Notes under the pieces: model-generated
Seen by the model: the letters and a program-made list of their open reading frames with translations, nothing else
What the model was told of the DNA's origin: nothing
Database searches by the model: none
Translations under genes and position numbers: made by a program
Shown: positions 15,804-24,061 of the stretch, one piece after another
Position numbering within the stretch: the first letter of the stretch is position 1
Layout: the number at the start of each line of letters is the position of its first letter
From: Nitrosopumilus sp.
GTDB taxonomy: Archaea; Thermoproteota; Nitrososphaeria; Nitrososphaerales; Nitrosopumilaceae
NCBI RefSeq assembly: GCF_025699255.1
Contig: NZ_JAILWA010000002.1
Coordinates: 99,985-131,984, forward strand
Length of the DNA stretch: 32,000 nucleotides
Direction: 5' to 3'

Positions 15804-17195
15804 ATGACCCTAAATGATATCTTAATTGAATTAAAAGATATTTTTCATTCCATTGACATTCGAGTATTTGCACATAAATCTGATGGTGTGTGGAAAAATA
15901 TTTTTACAATTATTAGATTTAGACATGAAACGGTAGAAGAATTAAAAATAATTCATCAGGAATTGATTGAGAAATGTGGTAGTTTAATTGAAACAGACAA
16001 ATTCAGAGTAGGACTATTTAATTATCCTGTTGACAGATGGTCAAAAATTGCAGATGATTTATCCAAAAAATTTCTTTGTCTGAATGATTCATTTGGAATA
16101 AATTTTGATAATGCAATTACCTACAATCATAATTATTCAGATCCACATTTCAAGCCTGAAAATTATGTTTACAAAGATTGGAAATGCTTTTCATTTAACA
16201 ACGAATCAAATACACAAAAACCAAACTATTCAGATGAATTACGAAGTAATATGCTTGAAAATCATTTCAGGTATTCAGACAATTATTTGTCTGCAATATT
16301 TGAATATGGAAAATATGATTTTCAAAGTAATCCTTGGATCAAGACATTTGTGCCTATTTTCTTCAAAATTGAAAAAATTGAATTTGATCATGATAAAGTC
16401 GATATAGAATATTCTGCACATGAGCAAAAAAATATCCAAGTCGGATTAAATTTTTACAAATCTCGTGAATATAGAAGTGATGATGAATTTATCCAACAGA
16501 AAATTGAAAAAATACCGTTGACAGGGGGTTCAGAAGTAATTCAGGATACGATAACAATGAAACTTGATACAAAAAATGTTGGAGAATTTTTTGAGTTATT
16601 GGTAATAAAAAATAAAAAAACTTTGATTGAATCAAAAGAAGGATGCCTAGATGAGTATTGGAAAACAAGAACCGAATATACTAATCCCACATATTATGCA
16701 TTTGAACAATTTGTAGAGTTTGAAGAATTAGAACGAATGTTATTACAATTCAAATCTAAAAAGATCAACAGAGATTCTGAAGTCTTTGAACGTGGAGTAT
16801 CTTGGCTTTTGAGTTTACTTGGAATCCCAAACCTAATACTCGGGGAGTATGAACGATTGGGAAAGGGTCATGATCAAACATCTACTGATATTTTGGCAAG
16901 TTTTGACACAGATAAGATATTTTTGATAAATGTAACAATTGGCTTGCCTAAGCAATCTGATTTTGACAGAGAACGAGAATATCGGGAAAATATAGAAGGC
17001 AAAATCACTAACAAAAAAATAGAAATTCATTCAATCTACTTTACAGGAAAAGATGCTACCGAATCACTAGCATCTGCAACTGCAAATAATGTTATATTAG
17101 TAGGGAAAAACAATATTCAAAACATACTTGAGTATCTCAAAAAAGGTAATTTAGAAAAAGCTCGTCAAATTATTTTACAAGAGGATAGTTTTTGA
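15804..17195 (+). CDS. hypothetical 463-aa cytoplasmic protein with restriction-endonuclease-like (PD-(D/E)xK-like) C-terminal region (tentative)
   Basis: It starts 22 nt after the previous stop. The C-terminal segment FERGVSWLLSLLGIPN...TSTDILASFDTDKIFLINVTIG resembles the Mrr-type helix plus D...(D/E)xK strands, but the canonical Lys is not evident. Confidence 0.7.
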   Translation: MTLNDILIELKDIFHSIDIRVFAHKSDGVWKNIFTIIRFRHETVEELKIIHQELIEKCGSLIETDKFRVGLFNYPVDRWSKIADDLSKKFLCLNDSFGINFDNAITYNHNYSDPHFKPENYVYKDWKCFSFNNESNTQKPNYSDELRSNMLENHFRYSDNYLSAIFEYGKYDFQSNPWIKTFVPIFFKIEKIEFDHDKVDIEYSAHEQKNIQVGLNFYKSREYRSDDEFIQQKIEKIPLTGGSEVIQDTITMKLDTKNVGEFFELLVIKNKKTLIESKEGCLDEYWKTRTEYTNPTYYAFEQFVEFEELERMLLQFKSKKINRDSEVFERGVSWLLSLLGIPNLILGEYERLGKGHDQTSTDILASFDTDKIFLINVTIGLPKQSDFDREREYRENIEGKITNKKIEIHSIYFTGKDATESLASATANNVILVGKNNIQNILEYLKKGNLEKARQIILQEDSF

Positions 17196-17196
17196 A

Positions 17197-17865
17197 ATGA
17201 TCGACGGTAAAATAATTTCCCTTGCTTTGGCAATAACTAGTGGATTGGTCTATACTCGTGTCTTTGAGAATGAATTCTTTAAAGATATCATACTTGTTGC
17301 AATTCCTGCAATAATTGGATTGTTTGCAGTGAAACGTGTACCTAACGAATGGCAACAATATAGATTCAAGGTGGCTTTAAAAAAAGAAATTATAGACACA
17401 TTTGTAAAATCTGTTAAAAAAAGTTTTGTGGTTCATGATACTGCACATATACAATTAGTGCAACATTATTCTGTGTCAGAACAACCAATAGATCCAACCA
17501 CAGGAGGAGTTACACATAATGTAGTTTTTCCTACGGAACCAAATGAACAACCAATGATGGCATTAAAAGATGAATATAATGAATTTAAAAACGAACTCAA
17601 AGCAATAAAGTTAAACGGTGAAACATTAGTTTCAAAAATGCGATTATACTTTGATAGTGAATTGGTAGCCGAAGAATTTTCAAAACTGAATATTCAAGCT
17701 GGAAAATGTTCTCAATACATAAGACAAGGATTTGAATCTAAAAATAAAGAAAGTTTTTTAATGAATCTAAATGCTTTTTCTAACGAAGTAAAGTTATGGA
17801 GAGACTTATCTGATAAATTTGAAAATACTCTTGCCAAACATAAAATAAAAAAGATTTCAGTTTAA
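17197..17865 (+). CDS. hypothetical protein with two N-terminal TM helices and a helical cytoplasmic domain
   Basis: Its ATG lies 1 nt after the upstream stop, suggesting translational coupling. The TM helices are IISLALAITSGLVYTRVF and IILVAIPAIIGLFAV. Confidence 0.7.
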   Translation: MIDGKIISLALAITSGLVYTRVFENEFFKDIILVAIPAIIGLFAVKRVPNEWQQYRFKVALKKEIIDTFVKSVKKSFVVHDTAHIQLVQHYSVSEQPIDPTTGGVTHNVVFPTEPNEQPMMALKDEYNEFKNELKAIKLNGETLVSKMRLYFDSELVAEEFSKLNIQAGKCSQYIRQGFESKNKESFLMNLNAFSNEVKLWRDLSDKFENTLAKHKIKKISV

Positions 17866-18100
17866 TTTGTTAAAATGATTGAATGTTTTTTAACCATTAC
17901 AACAAATGTCATATTTTCATACTATTGGTTAAACTTTAGGATTATTTCATGTGCTTGTCCCTGCAAAAAATTTATTGTATGTATCAACTCAAGCCCGTTG
18001 TAATTTTTGTGCAAATGGATTTTACAAATTTAATGAAATGTAGAAAAATCGTGGTATTGGATATGATAATGAAAAGAAAATGGAAAATTGTGCGATTCTG

Positions 18101-18155
18101 TTCCAATCCAATCTGATTTGGTGTGGAATTGATTGGAAAAGAGGATTTGGATTGG
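18101..18155. promoter_or_regulatory. cluster of CCAATC / GATTGG repeats with alternative pairings
   Basis: TTCCAATC (18101-18108) is the perfect complement of GATTGGAA (18131-18138). CCAATCCAATC (18103-18113) nearly pairs with GATTTGGATTGG (18144-18155). The cluster lies 80-130 nt upstream of the protease start. Confidence 0.5.
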
Positions 18156-18233
18156 TATGAAGTTCAGAATGATGAAAAGTATGAACCCGAAAGCGATTTG
18201 TAAAGATATGTGTTTATAAAATATTCAAAACAA

Positions 18234-19109
18234 ATGATAATTGTCATGGTTAGTATAATTAAACAAATAAAAAAATCAGTTGGATTTATTTATGTCAAAA
18301 ATGGAAATGTGTTTCATCCAGCTGGAACTGGTTTTTTTGTTAGTGTAGCTACAGGTTATGATTCTTCCAAAAGTTATTTTTATTTTGTAACTGCAAAACA
18401 TGTAATTCAAAAAAAAGATGGAACATTTTATGATATTGCAGTTAGATTGAATACTTTTGATAATTCTTCCAATCTTCTTCCTTTGCCCATGAACCAATTA
18501 CATATCTTTACTCATGATGATGAAGATGTAGACATAGCTCTTTTTCCAATGATTCCAAATGAAAAAATATATGATATTTTAACAATAGGTTCCGACATAC
18601 TTAGTACAGAAAAAATTATCGAGGATGAAAAAATTGAAGAAGGTGGAGATGTATTATTTTCAGGATTATTTTCTAGCCATATTGGAAAACAACGAAATCA
18701 ACCAATAGTACGTTTTGGAAAAATATCTTTAATTTCTGATGAAAAAATCACTTGGAAGGTTGATGATGATCCGCCTAAACTAGTTGATTTGTATTTGATG
18801 GAATGTCAATCTTATGGAGGAAATAGTGGGTCTCCTGTTTTTTTTAAATTAGATAGATTTAGAGAATCTAGTGAAAACAAAATAAAGATGCATGAAAAAT
18901 ATTATCTTGCAGGAGTTATGACTGGAAGCTTTAATCAATCTAGAAAAATAGAGAATATTGAAACAATAAATGAACAATTTTCATGGCAAAATATTGGAAT
19001 TGCAGCAGTAACACCTGCTTACAAATTACATGATATTTTATTTTCAGATGAATTAAATAAAATTCGAAAGGATAATGATGATTTAGAAAATGCTAAGAAA
19101 AAAGTTTAG
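18234..19109 (+). CDS. trypsin-like (chymotrypsin-fold, S1-type) serine protease, no signal peptide
   Basis: Catalytic triad motifs are YFVTAKHVI (His), DVDIALF (Asp) and GGNSGSPVFF (Ser). The ORF track begins at GTG 18210, but ATG 18234 or 18246 is more likely. Confidence 0.8.
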   Translation: MIIVMVSIIKQIKKSVGFIYVKNGNVFHPAGTGFFVSVATGYDSSKSYFYFVTAKHVIQKKDGTFYDIAVRLNTFDNSSNLLPLPMNQLHIFTHDDEDVDIALFPMIPNEKIYDILTIGSDILSTEKIIEDEKIEEGGDVLFSGLFSSHIGKQRNQPIVRFGKISLISDEKITWKVDDDPPKLVDLYLMECQSYGGNSGSPVFFKLDRFRESSENKIKMHEKYYLAGVMTGSFNQSRKIENIETINEQFSWQNIGIAAVTPAYKLHDILFSDELNKIRKDNDDLENAKKKV

Positions 19110-19173
19110 ACAGAAAAATAGTTTTTCCCAGTACAAAATTCACATAAACTTTGAACTAGAATCTTAACAATGG

Positions 19174-19656
19174 TCATGGTAAAAGATCTTGTAGGTTTTC
19201 TATAGTTACAAAAGAAATTATTCCATAAGACATCAATACAAGAAACATCATCAAAATGGTGGGTTTTGCTTTTTTGATATCTTCTTTTTCTTCATCAGTC
19301 TTTCCAGTTTTAAAATAAAAATAAATGAACCAGCCTACAGAAAACAACATAATTCCACCTCCAAAAAGAGATTGTCCTAGTGGGTCTTTCATTAATAATT
19401 TTAAACCTACAATCGATGTAAGTGCAACTGGAATTAACACCTCCATAGATAAAATCAAAAATTTATTGACACCTTTTACATTCCGTATTGCCATTAGAAA
19501 TAATGCAATTCCAGTTAATCCTGCAGCTGGAACAAAATCCTTTATTTCAGAATCTAATTTTCTCCATTCTTCAATGAAAATATTTGAAGCATAAACATAA
19601 CCCATAATCCCTAAAATCATTAGAGATAAAATCAGGATTTTCTTTGGAGTTAACAC
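19174..19656 (-). CDS. hypothetical polytopic membrane protein
   Basis: 160 aa with about five hydrophobic helices. It has a GTG start as drawn and is the last ORF before the tRNA. Confidence 0.6.
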   Translation of the reverse strand: MLTPKKILILSLMILGIMGYVYASNIFIEEWRKLDSEIKDFVPAAGLTGIALFLMAIRNVKGVNKFLILSMEVLIPVALTSIVGLKLLMKDPLGQSLFGGGIMLFSVGWFIYFYFKTGKTDEEKEDIKKAKPTILMMFLVLMSYGIISFVTIENLQDLLP

Positions 19657-19902
19657 AATTGTATTGATGTAATGTTTGATCTTAAATCTTTACGACCGCC
19701 GTCATATTTTCATTCGTAAAAGGGGGACTTTGCCTTTTTACTCTTTGTCGATAATCTCTTTTGTATCTCTAAAAAATTCTAACATTATGTTTATGAACAA
19801 ATAATTACAAAATTATTATGACCACACTATATTTTTTAGATTTTTGTGTTAGATCTATCGATTCTCATATATGCTTTAAAATTAATAATCACGTTTCACA
19901 GA

Positions 19903-19912
19903 TTTCTGGAAA
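19903..19912 (+). repeat. right copy of 10-bp direct repeat TTTCTGGAAA
   Basis: Identical to 8223-8232. It lies 3 nt from the tRNA-Ala discriminator base. Confidence 0.35.
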
Positions 19913-19915
19913 AGG

Positions 19916-19987
19916 TGGACCGGGAGGGAATCGCACCCTCGACATCCTCGTTGCGAACGAGGCATTATACTCCTAAACCACCGGCCC
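19916..19987 (-). tRNA. tRNA-Ala(CGC): tRNA-Ala (anticodon CGC)
   Basis: The reverse complement is GGGCCGGTGGTTTAGGAGTATAATGCCTCGTTCGCAACGAGGATGTCGAGGGTGCGATTCCCTCCCGGTCCA. It has a 7-bp acceptor stem with the G3:U70 alanine identity pair, an A73 discriminator, and an anticodon stem CCTCG/CGAGG with loop TTCGCAA. The T stem is GAGGG/CCCTC, and CCA is not fully encoded. Confidence 0.9.
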
Positions 19988-20010
19988 TCAGAATACCTCT
20001 TTGAGTAGTT

Positions 20011-20020
20011 CTTTTATTCA
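20011..20020 (-). promoter_or_regulatory. TATA-like box (AATAAAAG on minus strand) about 25-32 nt upstream of the tRNA 5' end
   Basis: Position and A/T composition fit an archaeal TATA box. This is inference only. Confidence 0.35.
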
Positions 20021-20062
20021 TTTTCTCAACGCATAATAGCCTCAAATGGATGAAATTTTCAG

Positions 20063-21466
20063 ATGACTTATGATACCATAATTACTGATTCACATGTCAT
20101 TCTTCCTCAAGGGATGGTTGAGAAAAATATCCTAATTGATGAGGGAAAAATTGTTGGATTTACAACTGATACACCTGTATGTGATCATAAAATCAATGGA
20201 GCAGGACTAGTTTCTGTACCTGGACCTATAGACACTCATGTTCACTATGGAGTTTATTCTCCAATTAACGAAGCTGCAAAAACTGAATCTCATGCAGCAG
20301 CAATAGGTGGAATTACTACAATGATGAGAATGCTTAGACTAGGTGATCCTTTTTCAAATTCTTTGCAAGCTCAGCTTGATTCTGCTTCAGAAAATCATTA
20401 TGTAGATTATGCTTTACATGCTTCAATTTTTACACCAGAACAAATTGATGAAATGAATTTGTGTGTTGAAAACGGAATTACGTCATTTAAAATTTACATG
20501 AATCTTGGTGGTGAAGTTGGACATGTATACATGGACATGCCACCAAATTCTCCGAAACTTGTTGCAGCTGAAGTAAATGTTACTGATGAAATAGTTGAAC
20601 AAACAGTAAAGACTGCAGCTGAACTTGGATGTCCTGTACTAGTTCATGCAGAAGACTATGAATCATGTGGTTGTGGAATCAAAACTGCAAGGGAAAAACA
20701 TCAGGATGGATTGTCAGCTTGGTCTTCAAGCCGTTCTCCTGAATTTGAAGCTAAGGCAATCAAAACTGTATCAAAATTTGGTAGAGATTACGATTGTGTG
20801 ATTTACTTTGTTCATATTGGTTCAGAACGTGCACTAAAGCAAATTGAAGAAGAAAAGAAACTTGGAACAAAAATTTTTGTAGAGACATGTCCTCACTATT
20901 TGACATTATCTTACGAGAAACAATCAGGCTATTTGGCAAAAGTCATGCCTCCAATTAGAACTGAAAATGACAGAAAAGCAGTTTGGAATGCATTATCTAA
21001 TAACCAAATTGACACAATAGGTACAGATCATGTTGCAAATCAACTAAAACTAAAGCTTGGTGGAGATGATGTTTGGAGTGCTCTTGCTGGATTTCCTGGA
21101 ATAGGAACTGTACTTCCTATTTTACTTAATGATGGAGTTAACCAAAAGAAGATTTCTCTAGAACAGTTTGTTCGATTTACGAGTCAAAATGCAGCTCAAA
21201 TTTTTGGAATGTATCCCCAGAAAGGAACACTGGAGAAAAATTCTGATGCAGATGTTACTATGCTTGATTTGAAGAAAGAGAAAACTGTTACTTCGGATCT
21301 GTTTGGTGGATTCTCTGACTATATTGTATATGAAGGAAGAACTCTAACTGGATGGCCTGTCAAAACAATTGTTAGAGGCGAGTTAGTTGCAGAAGACTTT
21401 GAAGTAATAGGCAAACTTGGTCATGGAAAACTAGTTGAAAGACAAATTAACTTGTTTTCCAAATAA
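20063..21466 (+). CDS. cyclic amidohydrolase (dihydropyrimidinase / hydantoinase / dihydroorotase family)
   Basis: Metal-binding PGPIDTHVHYG, SFKIYM (carboxylated-Lys region), VHAED and the IGTDH Asp motif. The 467-aa length fits this family. Confidence 0.8.
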   Translation: MTYDTIITDSHVILPQGMVEKNILIDEGKIVGFTTDTPVCDHKINGAGLVSVPGPIDTHVHYGVYSPINEAAKTESHAAAIGGITTMMRMLRLGDPFSNSLQAQLDSASENHYVDYALHASIFTPEQIDEMNLCVENGITSFKIYMNLGGEVGHVYMDMPPNSPKLVAAEVNVTDEIVEQTVKTAAELGCPVLVHAEDYESCGCGIKTAREKHQDGLSAWSSSRSPEFEAKAIKTVSKFGRDYDCVIYFVHIGSERALKQIEEEKKLGTKIFVETCPHYLTLSYEKQSGYLAKVMPPIRTENDRKAVWNALSNNQIDTIGTDHVANQLKLKLGGDDVWSALAGFPGIGTVLPILLNDGVNQKKISLEQFVRFTSQNAAQIFGMYPQKGTLEKNSDADVTMLDLKKEKTVTSDLFGGFSDYIVYEGRTLTGWPVKTIVRGELVAEDFEVIGKLGHGKLVERQINLFSK

Positions 21467-21511
21467 CTTATTTGTAAATTTGATTTTTTACGATTGCTTT
21501 TTAAGAGAAAA

Positions 21512-22519
21512 ATGCAAATATTCTTCATGACTTTCCAATTTGTATTTCTTTTTTTTATGATTCTAGGTGTTGCTGTTAGTCCAATTTTACTAGAAAATTC
21601 TTTTGCTCAAGAAATATCTATACACCAACAATGGAAAAAATTTGCAGATGTTGACATGTTAACTTGTAAATCAGGACAATTGTTTTTACAAAAAAATAAT
21701 GGAAATCCTGCATGTGTAAAACCATCAACATATTTGAAATTAGTTGACAGAGGATATGGAATTCACAATCAATCAATAATGGATAAACATCCCGAAATGA
21801 TGACTCATTTAATGAATGGAATGGCATCAAATGAAAAAATAATGTATCATTGGCACGAGATGATGCAAAACAATCCTGCAATCATGAAAAATACTATGGA
21901 TGATTGGGTGTCTCAAATTAAAGAAAATCCTGAATTACTCAAAAATATGTTGGCTCCTATGACTAGTGAACCAGAATTGAGAGATAAGATGATTCAGATC
22001 ATGAAGAATCATCCTCAAATGGAAATCCACCTAAAATCAAATTCTGTTTGGATGGACTCTGTTCATCAGCCTGTAACTGATAGTATGGGACACGGTGATT
22101 CTGGAATGAGTTGCATGGGTGATGATAAATCTGGCATGGGACATGGTGATTCTGAGATGGGTTGTCCTATGTGTGAAAAAATGATGGAAAAAAAAAGATT
22201 AGATAATTGTTCTTGGTGTCCAAAGTATTCGCATTCAATGAATTCACATTCAACTAGTTTGCATACAATATCACATTCTGATAAAATGATGGATATGATT
22301 CATCATGTTTGGATAAATTCTGATATGACTAAAGACATGCATACTATGATGCTTGAGGATCCATCTCATATGGCAATGATGTCAAAACAAATGATTGAAC
22401 CCATGCTTAACACAATAATGGATGATGTAGATTTAAGAAATCAAATGATAGAATTAATGTTAGAACACAAAGATTTCATGAATTCTATCAGACATGACAA
22501 TCCTGACATATCACATTAG
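21512..22519 (+). CDS. secreted Met/His-rich protein (putative copper-binding)
   Basis: The ORF track starts at TTG 21494; ATG 21512 gives MQIFFMTFQFVFLFFMILGVAVSPILL as a signal/anchor. It contains dense M/H motifs and an internal repeat, MGHGDSGMSCMGDDKSGMGHGDSEMGCPMCEKMM. Confidence 0.7.
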   Translation: MQIFFMTFQFVFLFFMILGVAVSPILLENSFAQEISIHQQWKKFADVDMLTCKSGQLFLQKNNGNPACVKPSTYLKLVDRGYGIHNQSIMDKHPEMMTHLMNGMASNEKIMYHWHEMMQNNPAIMKNTMDDWVSQIKENPELLKNMLAPMTSEPELRDKMIQIMKNHPQMEIHLKSNSVWMDSVHQPVTDSMGHGDSGMSCMGDDKSGMGHGDSEMGCPMCEKMMEKKRLDNCSWCPKYSHSMNSHSTSLHTISHSDKMMDMIHHVWINSDMTKDMHTMMLEDPSHMAMMSKQMIEPMLNTIMDDVDLRNQMIELMLEHKDFMNSIRHDNPDISH

Positions 22520-22554
22520 AACTAAAATCAAAAACAAATTTACCAAATATCTGC

Positions 22555-23385
22555 TTAGACAAATTTTATTGAACCATAACCTACTACTGACTCTGTATCC
22601 CCTGATACGTCTCCGCTTGTTGCATAGCTTAACAGTTTACCTTTTGTTGCACCCATTTCTTTACATGCAATCATAGCTGATGCTATTGCTCCATAACCGC
22701 ATGCAGTAACTCTTTTTTCATACAACACTTCATAGAATTTTTCTATATTCATATCTAAAATTGGCTCTATCAATGCTTTGTCTTGTTTATGTGCAAAAGA
22801 ATTTTCTTCATAATGTGTAAAATCAGATGAGGCGATGATTATTGCATTCTTCTTTTTTGCAATTTCATATATTGCATTTCCAACATCAATTGCAGTTTTC
22901 ATCTCTTGTGAACGCAAAATTATTGGAAGAATTTGAAATTCATTTGAAAGTATTTCTTGTAACATTGGAATCTGTACTTCTAAACTATGATCTTGGGAGT
23001 GAGAATATTCATCTATTTCAATAAATTCAGATATTTCTGCTACTTGTTTTGCTGATTCTGAGTCTATCTGAACTTTGCCTAATGGAGTCTGCCATTGGGC
23101 ATCAATCATCGTAGCGGCATTTTTTCCTATTCCAAAATGATTTGGTCCGATAATTATTGCAAGTTCTGGGCTCTGAGATGCGATTGCCTTGTAAGAATGA
23201 CATGCCGTGGGACCTGAATACCTGTATCCTGCATGTGGGCAAATAACTCCAAAAATCCGCTCCTCTGATTCTGCCGAATCTGTACCTGGGCCAAACTGGT
23301 GTTTAAAACAAGATTTGATCATTTTTTCTAGATCTTCTTTATTATCTGGATAAAATTGACCTGCAACAACTGGTTCTCTAATCAT
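22555..23385 (-). CDS. AmmeMemoRadiSam system protein B (MEMO1 family)
   Basis: VAGQFYP, CPHAGYRYSG and IGPNH motifs. It is adjacent to the AMMECR1 and radical SAM partners. Confidence 0.85.
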   Translation of the reverse strand: MIREPVVAGQFYPDNKEDLEKMIKSCFKHQFGPGTDSAESEERIFGVICPHAGYRYSGPTACHSYKAIASQSPELAIIIGPNHFGIGKNAATMIDAQWQTPLGKVQIDSESAKQVAEISEFIEIDEYSHSQDHSLEVQIPMLQEILSNEFQILPIILRSQEMKTAIDVGNAIYEIAKKKNAIIIASSDFTHYEENSFAHKQDKALIEPILDMNIEKFYEVLYEKRVTACGYGAIASAMIACKEMGATKGKLLSYATSGDVSGDTESVVGYGSIKFV

Positions 23386-23406
23386 TTATTTTTCTGTACC
23401 TCTATT

Positions 23407-24027
23407 TTATAAAAAATCATTAGATGATTCTCTAATAATTTTCCCATTTGGAGTTTCTTCTTTGAAAATTATTCCCTCGAATTTTGATATTCTTGTTGTC
23501 ATATCCTTCCATGCATTTTTTTCTAATCCTGCTTTTTGACATGTATATTCAAGAAATTCTTCTACATTCCAATCATATTCAATTGGAACTTGTGGCAATA
23601 GCAAACCAGACGCATACGAATTTTCTACAATTAAACCATCTCTGCCAACTTTGATCTCTTTGAGATACTCTGAAGACTGATTTACTTTAATCTCCATTGG
23701 AGTAGTAAGTACAGTCACTTCAAAAACAATCTTGTCTAATTCATCTATGGTTACTGGATTAAAGCGCGTATCTTGTGTTGCAGCTGATACTGCTGCATCA
23801 ATTAATCCATTAGATAATTTCTTTACAGGAAGAGGATATCCTATACATCCTCTCAATGAATCTTGTTTGTTTAATGTAACAAAAACCCCTGAACTAAAAC
23901 CAAACTTTGAATTAAATTCACTATCATTGATTTTTGAATTATTTCTTAAAAATTCAGAAACAGCTTTTCTTGCCATCTTTACTAATTCTTCTCCATCAGA
24001 ATCAGAAATTTTCATTGATTCTCTCAT
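23407..24027 (-). CDS. AmmeMemoRadiSam system protein A (AMMECR1 domain)
   Basis: LRGCIGYP and GLLLPQV motifs; 206 aa. Confidence 0.85.
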   Translation of the reverse strand: MRESMKISDSDGEELVKMARKAVSEFLRNNSKINDSEFNSKFGFSSGVFVTLNKQDSLRGCIGYPLPVKKLSNGLIDAAVSAATQDTRFNPVTIDELDKIVFEVTVLTTPMEIKVNQSSEYLKEIKVGRDGLIVENSYASGLLLPQVPIEYDWNVEEFLEYTCQKAGLEKNAWKDMTTRISKFEGIIFKEETPNGKIIRESSNDFL

Positions 24028-24061
24028 ACTTGTTAAATATGTAAAAACACAATAAAAAACA

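Larger units (their letters stand above)
8233..19902. mobile_element. integrated element / genomic island adjacent to tRNA-Ala (cryptic integrated element; exact ends tentative)
   Basis: A tyrosine-recombinase gene sits at one end and the 3' end of a tRNA gene at the other. A 10-bp direct repeat TTTCTGGAAA is present at 8223-8232 and 19903-19912. All internal ORFs are unrecognisable cargo, and the left end is repeat-rich and non-coding. Confidence 0.6.

Noticed and set aside
17890-17932. Inverted repeat TTAACCA...TGGTTAA after the stop of 17197-17865, considered as a terminator
   Set aside because: The stem is only 7 bp with a 29-nt loop, and archaeal termination mainly uses T-runs. It is mentioned only as context and not called as a feature.
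10908-19594. Island ORFs 10908-11099(-), 11761-11964(-), 11850-12056(+), 15265-15456(-), 16105-16407(+), 16833-17030(-), 17170-17358(-), 18276-18497(-) and 19325-19594(+)
   Set aside because: They are embedded within or antisense to longer ORFs with coherent domain or TM structure, and their translations are low-complexity.
8233-19902. Provirus interpretation of the island
   Set aside because: No recognisable capsid, portal, terminase, tail or replication proteins. A cryptic integrated element is the more conservative call.
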